Assembly: GCA_046497465.1 (NCBI GenBank)
Contig: JAWOFO010000035.1
Span: 1,074 to 65,073 of the forward strand
Source: Desulfobia sp.
Lineage (GTDB): Bacteria > Desulfobacterota > Desulfobulbia > Desulfobulbales > SURF-16
Direction: 5' to 3'
DNA: 64,000 nt
The position numbers and the translations under genes were made by a program. Positions 57,817 to 64,000 of this stretch are shown piece after piece. Position 1 is the first letter of the stretch. Each line of letters starts with the position of its first letter. The notes under the pieces are model-generated. The model searched no databases, was not told the DNA's origin, and saw only the letters and a list, made by a program, of their open reading frames with translations.

Positions 57817-59595
57817 ATGAGGCCCATTCACTTCCGAACCCGGCTTTTAATTGCCTTCTGGTTAATTTTAATCCCGGCGGTCTGTATCCCGGGGTTTTAT
57901 ATGTTTAAAACCCTTGAGAGGGAAATCCTGAGGGAGACTAAAACCACCGCACTTAACCAGCTGGAGCTGACCCACTGGATAGTCGAGCAAAAAGCGCCTT
58001 TTCATGACTCCAAATCCATGGATCAATGGATTACCAGGCTGGGTGAAAAGCTTAACTACCGGATAACCCTTGTTAAATCGAACGGGCAGGTGCTGGCGGA
58101 TTCCTCTGTCTTGTTTGGGCAAGTACCGGATATGGATAACCATATTTACCGCGAAGAAATCATGAGAGCTCGAAAAAAAGGCATTGGGCAGAGCGTTCGC
58201 TACAGTACCACCCTCAACCGCAAGCTGATTTACTCCGCCAAGCTTATTGATCTGCCCGGATACCCGGAAGCAATTATCCGTGTGGCCGTACCCGTCTCCG
58301 GCATTGAATCCCGATTGGCTTTTTATGCCAACCGGTTCCTGGTATCCCTGGGCGGGGTTTTTATCCTGACTTTGATCGTCAGCTTTATTTTGGCAAGACG
58401 CCTTGAAAATCCCATCGACCAAGTAATCCAGGCAGCCAGGGAAATCGGTGAGGGTAACCTTGATAAACGTCTTGAGATCGATCGTGGACCGGAATTTCTG
58501 CAACTGTGCACCTGCATTAACCAGATGGCGGACAAAATACAGCATAATATCGAGACGATAACCTCCCAGAAGCAGGAACTTGAGGCCGTGTTTGAAGGTA
58601 TGCGGGAAGGGGTCATGCTGCTCGACAAAAACGGCCGGATCAAGTCCACCAACCGGGCCTTGATCAAGATCGCCCGGTGCAAGTCTTCCTGCATCGGCTA
58701 CCTGCCCATGCAAGTCTTTTTGAACCCGGAAATTCAAAACGCCTGCGACCAAGTGATTGCCGGAAACCAGCCGCCCAGCCTCCGGGTCTCCATAGACAGC
58801 GAAGTCGTCTACGAGGTGAATCTGGTAAAAATCCCGGCCAACGGGGCGGGTGTAGTTTTTCACGATATCAGCGAGTTGATTCGACTGGAGAAAGTCCGGC
58901 AGGATTTTGTGGCCAATGTTTCGCATGAACTCCACACCCCGCTTACTTCGATTAAAGGTTATGCGGAAACCCTGATGGATAAAAATATACGGGCATCAAA
59001 GGATGCGGAATCCTTTATCAGGACTGTTCTCAGGAATGCCAACCAGATGTCCAATATCGTTGATGACCTACTGGAATTGACCAGACAGCAGCAAAAGCAG
59101 CAGAAACAGCACGAGAATGTTGTCATCGATGCGGCCGAATGCTTCTCCAATGCCTGGGAAACCTGTATGCCTACGGCTGAAGAAAAAAACATTCAGGTAG
59201 ACAATCAACTTGTTTCTCCCCTGGCTGTGTTTGCAGAAAGAAATGCCTTGACCCAGGTATTTCAGAATTTGCTGGACAATGCTATGCGTCACAGCCGGCA
59301 TAATACCAAAGTGACGGTTTGGTGTGTTGAGAAGACAGATCATCTTGTATTTGCAGTGCAGGATGAGGGGCCAGGCATTGCTAGACGCCACCAGAAACGC
59401 GTTTTTGAACGATTTTATCGCGTAGACAAGGAACGCAGCCGGGCATCCGAAGGGACCGGCCTGGGGCTGGCCATATGCCGCCATGCCGTAATGGGCATGG
59501 GTGGCGAGATCTGGGTGCAGAGCCCGCCGGATAACCAATCAAAGGGTTCAGTATTTTATTTCAGTCTTAATATGCCCAAGCCGGAAGCCTGCTGA
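57817..59595 (+). CDS. phoR: Sensor kinase PhoR
   Basis: Two TM, HAMP, PAS, DFVANVSHELHTPLT, FERFYRVD, GTGLGL. Confidence 0.88.
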   Translation: MRPIHFRTRLLIAFWLILIPAVCIPGFYMFKTLEREILRETKTTALNQLELTHWIVEQKAPFHDSKSMDQWITRLGEKLNYRITLVKSNGQVLADSSVLFGQVPDMDNHIYREEIMRARKKGIGQSVRYSTTLNRKLIYSAKLIDLPGYPEAIIRVAVPVSGIESRLAFYANRFLVSLGGVFILTLIVSFILARRLENPIDQVIQAAREIGEGNLDKRLEIDRGPEFLQLCTCINQMADKIQHNIETITSQKQELEAVFEGMREGVMLLDKNGRIKSTNRALIKIARCKSSCIGYLPMQVFLNPEIQNACDQVIAGNQPPSLRVSIDSEVVYEVNLVKIPANGAGVVFHDISELIRLEKVRQDFVANVSHELHTPLTSIKGYAETLMDKNIRASKDAESFIRTVLRNANQMSNIVDDLLELTRQQQKQQKQHENVVIDAAECFSNAWETCMPTAEEKNIQVDNQLVSPLAVFAERNALTQVFQNLLDNAMRHSRHNTKVTVWCVEKTDHLVFAVQDEGPGIARRHQKRVFERFYRVDKERSRASEGTGLGLAICRHAVMGMGGEIWVQSPPDNQSKGSVFYFSLNMPKPEAC

Positions 59596-59626
59596 TTTTT
59601 GGTAAACCTATTAAAGGATTCACTAT

Positions 59627-60388
59627 ATGGAAAAGCCGAATAAAATCGTCACCAATAAGCTCAACTTTTTTTATGGTGATTTCAAGGCACTGGAGGATAT
59701 TTCCGTAGAATTCAAGAAAAATCAGGTTTCAGCGTTGATCGGTCCGTCCGGATGCGGCAAAAGTACATTTTTAAGGTGCCTGAACCGAATGAACGATTTG
59801 ATCCCCGGAAGTTCGGTTGAGGGCGAAATCCATATTGACGGCGAAAATATTTACGGACAGAATATGGATGTGGTCCATCTGCGCCGAAGGGTCGGCATGG
59901 TTTTTCAAAAACCGAACCCGTTTCCCAAAACCGTATTTGACAACGTCGCCTACGGACTCCGGGTTAACAATATTAAGGATAAACGAACTGTCGCCGAACA
60001 GGTGGAAAAAAGTCTCAAACAAGCTGTCCTATGGGATGAGGTTAAAGATCGGTTGAATTCATCGGCTCTGGGTCTTTCCGGCGGGCAACAGCAGCGGCTC
60101 TGTATCGCCCGGGCCCTTTCGGTGGAACCGGAGGTCATATTGATGGATGAGCCTGCATCAGCGCTTGATCCCATTGCCACCCAAAAAATTGAAGATTTGA
60201 TTCATGAACTGAAAACGGATTTTACAATTATTATTGTTACCCATAACATGCAGCAGGCGGCGCGGGTTTCCGATATCACATCTTTTTTTTATATGGGCAG
60301 ACTGATTGAAACCGGTGACACTGAAACCATGTTCACCCGTCCCAATCTGCAGCAAACCGAAGATTATGTTACCGGCCGTTTCGGCTAA
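59627..60388 (+). CDS. pstB: Phosphate ABC ATPase PstB
   Basis: [34 protein letters not shown]. Confidence 0.96.
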   Translation: MEKPNKIVTNKLNFFYGDFKALEDISVEFKKNQVSALIGPSGCGKSTFLRCLNRMNDLIPGSSVEGEIHIDGENIYGQNMDVVHLRRRVGMVFQKPNPFPKTVFDNVAYGLRVNNIKDKRTVAEQVEKSLKQAVLWDEVKDRLNSSALGLSGGQQQRLCIARALSVEPEVILMDEPASALDPIATQKIEDLIHELKTDFTIIIVTHNMQQAARVSDITSFFYMGRLIETGDTETMFTRPNLQQTEDYVTGRFG

Positions 60389-60409
60389 TCCCATAAGAGG
60401 TTAATTCTG

Positions 60410-61099
60410 ATGGAACGCCATTTTTTAAAAGAACTTGAAAACTTAAAGATGACTGTCCTCAATATGGCCACATTTACCCAACGTTCCCTTGAAAATGCCA
60501 CAAAGGCCTATCTGGAAAGGGATGAACAGCTGGGCCAGACCGTCATAGAAGGAGATAAAAAAATTAACGAGCTTGAACTCGAAATAGATCAGTATACCTT
60601 AAAACTCCTTGCCCTCGAACAGCCTATGGCCAAGGATCTCCGGATGATCATCGGGACGGCAAAGATCAGCAATGAACTTGAACGAATCGCTGACCAGGCA
60701 GTCAATATAGGTGAACGTAGTCAGTTTCTCTGCAGTTACCCGCCGCTTGAAAATATCCCCATAATAGAGCAGCTCATCGACATCAGCCTTTCCATGGTCA
60801 AGAAAGCGATTTCATGTTTTGTCAACGAAGATATCAATGCAGCTTACGAGATAAAGAAAATGGACGACCGGGCCGATGAATACACCCTGGAAGTCCTGCA
60901 TACGCTTGTTGAGTATATGATTAAAAAAACGCCGGCTACCGAGCACAGACGCCTGAACACCCGGCGATCCATTCAGACCATTATCATATCCCGATGTCTT
61001 GAACGGGTCTGTGATCTCTCTACAAATATTGGTGAACATGTGGCCTTTATCAGTGAAGGAATAAACATTAAGCACCAGGCAATGAACGCCAATTCCTGA
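60410..61099 (+). CDS. phoU: Phosphate signalling protein PhoU
   Basis: QPMAKDLR, LERIADQAVNI, LERVCD..TNIGE. Confidence 0.93.
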   Translation: MERHFLKELENLKMTVLNMATFTQRSLENATKAYLERDEQLGQTVIEGDKKINELELEIDQYTLKLLALEQPMAKDLRMIIGTAKISNELERIADQAVNIGERSQFLCSYPPLENIPIIEQLIDISLSMVKKAISCFVNEDINAAYEIKKMDDRADEYTLEVLHTLVEYMIKKTPATEHRRLNTRRSIQTIIISRCLERVCDLSTNIGEHVAFISEGINIKHQAMNANS

Positions 61100-61315
61100 T
61101 TGTAATTCTACAAACCGTCTTAATTCAACAGCGGTTATTGCAAAACCTTTGATTTTCTGCGAGAGTAGTGGAAAATTTTTTATTCCGGGAGTAATGTCTC
61201 TTTTCGAGTCCGACAGTACTACAAGATACAGCGGCCTCATACGGGGATTATGACTTGAATTTTTTCTTAAGCAAATTATTCAGCGTTTTACTAACTGTTT
61301 TCAAAGGAAAATTTT

Positions 61316-61840
61316 ATGAAAAAAATGATCAATGGCGTGGAAATTGAAGTGATCAGGGGGAATATCGCCGGGCAGGATGATATGGCAGCAGTTGTCAATG
61401 CCGCCAATGCGCAGCTTTTGATGGGCGGCGGTGTGGCCGGGGCACTTCACATTGCCGCCGGACCAGGGCTTGAGGAAGAATGCCGGCCACTGGCGCCTAT
61501 CAAGCCGGGGGAAGCTGTAATAACAGGCGGTCACAATCTGCCCAATAAATATGTCATTCACTGCCTGGGACCTATATACGGTCGGGATAAACCAGCGAAT
61601 CAACTGCTGGCGGCTTGCTATCGCAATGCCCTGAATCTGGCTGAAAAACATAAAATTGCGTCAATCGCTTTTCCGGCGATTTCCTCGGGGGCGTTCGGGT
61701 ATCCGATAAAAGACTCTGCTCGAATCGCCCTGGAGACCATCCGGGATCAGATACCACAGCTGGAATATGTCAAAAATGTTCGGTTTGTACTTTACAGTCA
61801 GTCGGATTGCGAGATTTATGAACAGGAATTGACTAAATAG
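61316..61840 (+). CDS. Macro-domain (ADP-ribose hydrolase-like) protein
   Basis: VNAAN..L..GGGVAGALH, VIHCLGP, AFPAISSGAFGYP. Confidence 0.92.
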   Translation: MKKMINGVEIEVIRGNIAGQDDMAAVVNAANAQLLMGGGVAGALHIAAGPGLEEECRPLAPIKPGEAVITGGHNLPNKYVIHCLGPIYGRDKPANQLLAACYRNALNLAEKHKIASIAFPAISSGAFGYPIKDSARIALETIRDQIPQLEYVKNVRFVLYSQSDCEIYEQELTK

Positions 61841-61973
61841 ATCCACTTTAGAATTCCAGGAAGCCGCCAATTATTTTTTATGAAGCAATTCAGTAATGCG
61901 CAAGGATATTGACCTTAAATATTATAAAAACCGTTTGACATGCCCGGGCCTGCAGAGGTTTATTTGGAGCTAT

Positions 61974-63998
61974 TTAGCTTGTATTACTGCTGTGGACCAT
62001 TAGAATGTTTTTGTCGCATTGCTGGGCCACGCTTTCAGCCAGGGAACCAAAGAAGACCCGCTTGAGTCCGTGCACCGGCGTGGCATCCATGACCACCAAA
62101 TCATAATACTCTGCCTCCTCGACAATTGAGGCCAGGCGGGCTTCGGTTGTGGCTACCTTGCCCTGGACTGTGGCCGATAATGCGGTGTCCTCGGCCCAGG
62201 CCATCAGTTCCTTTCTGGCCTCTTCCTGCTCATCTGCCGGAGTCTCAGGAGGCATCAGGTAGAAGAAAGTGACTTTATGGTGGCCGATCGCAGCCAGAGA
62301 AGATATTACATCACGTAAGTGCTCCAGCTCTCCGAGACTGGTCAGAGCCACCATAATCCTTTCCGTATGCAACACCCCGGAGAATCTGATTACTATGACC
62401 GGGCAGGTGGCCCTGGCTGCCACCTTATCCACAACGTACTGCAGGCGTTTGGTGGGCTGGGTCTTGGGATGGCCCAGAAGAATAGTCCTGGTATTGGCCA
62501 GGGCAACCGCCTCCAGGATACCGCTGGCGATGTCATTGGAATGAACGGTGAGCGTCTCCAGCCGGTATCCCATGCTGAAGGCCTCATCTATGGCGCTTCT
62601 AAAAAGATTCTGGCTCTCTTCCAGATGCTCTAACTGATTTACAGACGGATCATAAGGGTTAACCCTGACTGCTACCGGAATGGCCCGATCATGATGAGCC
62701 AGGATAGTAGCTATCCTGGTAAGTCCTCCTGCCGTCTCCATATGAGAAAGCCCGAAAATAAGCTCGCCGCTGGGATTTTCCGCCTGTTCCAGGCGCTCCC
62801 AGGTCCAGGGAACGAGTTGGAATTCCTCCTTTTTCCAGGGCAGGGGACAGATATCCCGGGAGGGCGGTCTTTGTGCTTCATCCCTTAAGGCCAAAGCTTC
62901 CCCGACCGCCTCCATGGCATATTTAGTAAAGATCGGCCCGAACAGTTCCGAGAGAAAGACACCAGCCAGGACCACCGTGGTTATTGTCGAGACATATGGA
63001 TCCAGGTTGGGGTAACCCTGTATCAAAAAGATAAGACCAATGGCAATCCCGGCCTGGGGAATCAGGGCCAGGCCGATATTGTTGCGTATTGCGTGAGAGG
63101 AAGCGGTCAGGCAGGCACCCAGTCTGGCACCCATATACTTGCCGGCAGCCCTAAACAGGAAGTAACTGAAACCCAGTAAGCCGACAGTGGAAAAAAGGGA
63201 AAAATCAAGGTGGGCTCCGGCCAGAGCGAAGAAAAGAACATAAATAGGCGGTTCAAAGTAATTCAGGACCCGGAACAGCCTGACGTCCCGGAGATTGCGG
63301 TTAACAATAATAAAACCAGCTGCTATGCCGGCCAGAAGCGGTGAGAATTCCAGAGCCCGGGCTGTCTCCCCGCAAAGGAGGAGAAGAGAAAGACCGGCAA
63401 TGAGTATTTCGCTGCGGTACTTGAGCCGGTTGATGGTAAAATCAATCAAAAGCCCGGTGATCACTCCCATAAACAGGGAAACCAGGACATCGGCAAGACT
63501 GCTGATCACAATGGTAAGCAGCAAGGAAATACCCAGATCGTTTCCACCGCTGATTAATTTGTTTACCAGGGAAAGAATGATGCCGAACACGATGATTGCC
63601 AGGCTGTTATTGACCACCACCACCTGCAGCAGGGTTGTGGTCATCGGCCCTGATGCCCTTATTTCCCTTATGACGTGCAGAGTGCTTGCCGGGGCTGTGG
63701 CAATGGCAACCGCCCCCAAAAGCAGAGATACATAGATATAATCAGTCAGGTTCCAGACTACCTGGGGGGAACCGATTAATAAGAGAATCAGAAAAATGCC
63801 GGCTGCCACCAGCAGAAAGGTGGCACCGCTCTCGCAAAAGCTGATAAAGCCGACACTTTTTATGGTATGGCGCAGTTTATTTAATTCCAGATGCTCCCCT
63901 ATGCCAAAAGCGATAAGCATCAGGGCGATCTGGATGAAATGACCGAGCTCGTCTTCAACTATATCCTGGGTTATGAAATTCAAGCCACTGGGCCCCAA
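61974..63998 (-). CDS. Cation:proton antiporter with C-terminal USP-like domains (N-terminus outside window)
   Basis: ATAPAST, LIPQAGIAIGL, FFGSLAESV. Confidence 0.85.
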   Translation of the reverse strand: MGPSGLNFITQDIVEDELGHFIQIALMLIAFGIGEHLELNKLRHTIKSVGFISFCESGATFLLVAAGIFLILLLIGSPQVVWNLTDYIYVSLLLGAVAIATAPASTLHVIREIRASGPMTTTLLQVVVVNNSLAIIVFGIILSLVNKLISGGNDLGISLLLTIVISSLADVLVSLFMGVITGLLIDFTINRLKYRSEILIAGLSLLLLCGETARALEFSPLLAGIAAGFIIVNRNLRDVRLFRVLNYFEPPIYVLFFALAGAHLDFSLFSTVGLLGFSYFLFRAAGKYMGARLGACLTASSHAIRNNIGLALIPQAGIAIGLIFLIQGYPNLDPYVSTITTVVLAGVFLSELFGPIFTKYAMEAVGEALALRDEAQRPPSRDICPLPWKKEEFQLVPWTWERLEQAENPSGELIFGLSHMETAGGLTRIATILAHHDRAIPVAVRVNPYDPSVNQLEHLEESQNLFRSAIDEAFSMGYRLETLTVHSNDIASGILEAVALANTRTILLGHPKTQPTKRLQYVVDKVAARATCPVIVIRFSGVLHTERIMVALTSLGELEHLRDVISSLAAIGHHKVTFFYLMPPETPADEQEEARKELMAWAEDTALSATVQGKVATTEARLASIVEEAEYYDLVVMDATPVHGLKRVFFGSLAESVAQQCDKNILMVHSSNTS

Positions 63999-64000
63999 GA

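Noticed and set aside
1830-63735. Many antisense or nested ORFs in the track (e.g. 20783-21466, 50401-51084, 57868-58935)
   Set aside because: They are shadows of well-supported genes on the opposite strand and carry no motifs.
1-64000. CRISPR array, tRNA (including selC), rRNA, SAM riboswitch
   Set aside because: No regularly spaced repeats, cloverleaf or riboswitch consensus recognised by eye; tRNAscan and Rfam searches would be needed to exclude them.

Overview
Deltaproteobacterial (Desulfobacterota-like, anaerobe) chromosomal window. It opens with the 3' part of an ORF-less group II intron whose last two nucleotides form the AT of the higB start codon of a HigBA toxin-antitoxin pair. Housekeeping genes (tkt, dusB, hrpA, selA, glk, ahcY with its ArsR/SahR regulator) are interspersed with a tandem V4R-V4R-hybrid kinase module, a group 3b [NiFe] hydrogenase operon, a selenium-associated porin-YedE-YedF-DUF3343-kinase operon, an orp-like (MinD/NifX/Mrp) cluster, an orphan flagellin and a divergent pho/pst locus. 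Features missing from the ORF track include a probable C-terminal selenocysteine with a SECIS-like hairpin in an FmdB zinc-ribbon gene, several gene remnants, a 58-aa membrane protein and at least three families of MITE/REP-like elements, some nested and with clear target-site duplications. All family assignments come from motif recognition, not database searches.
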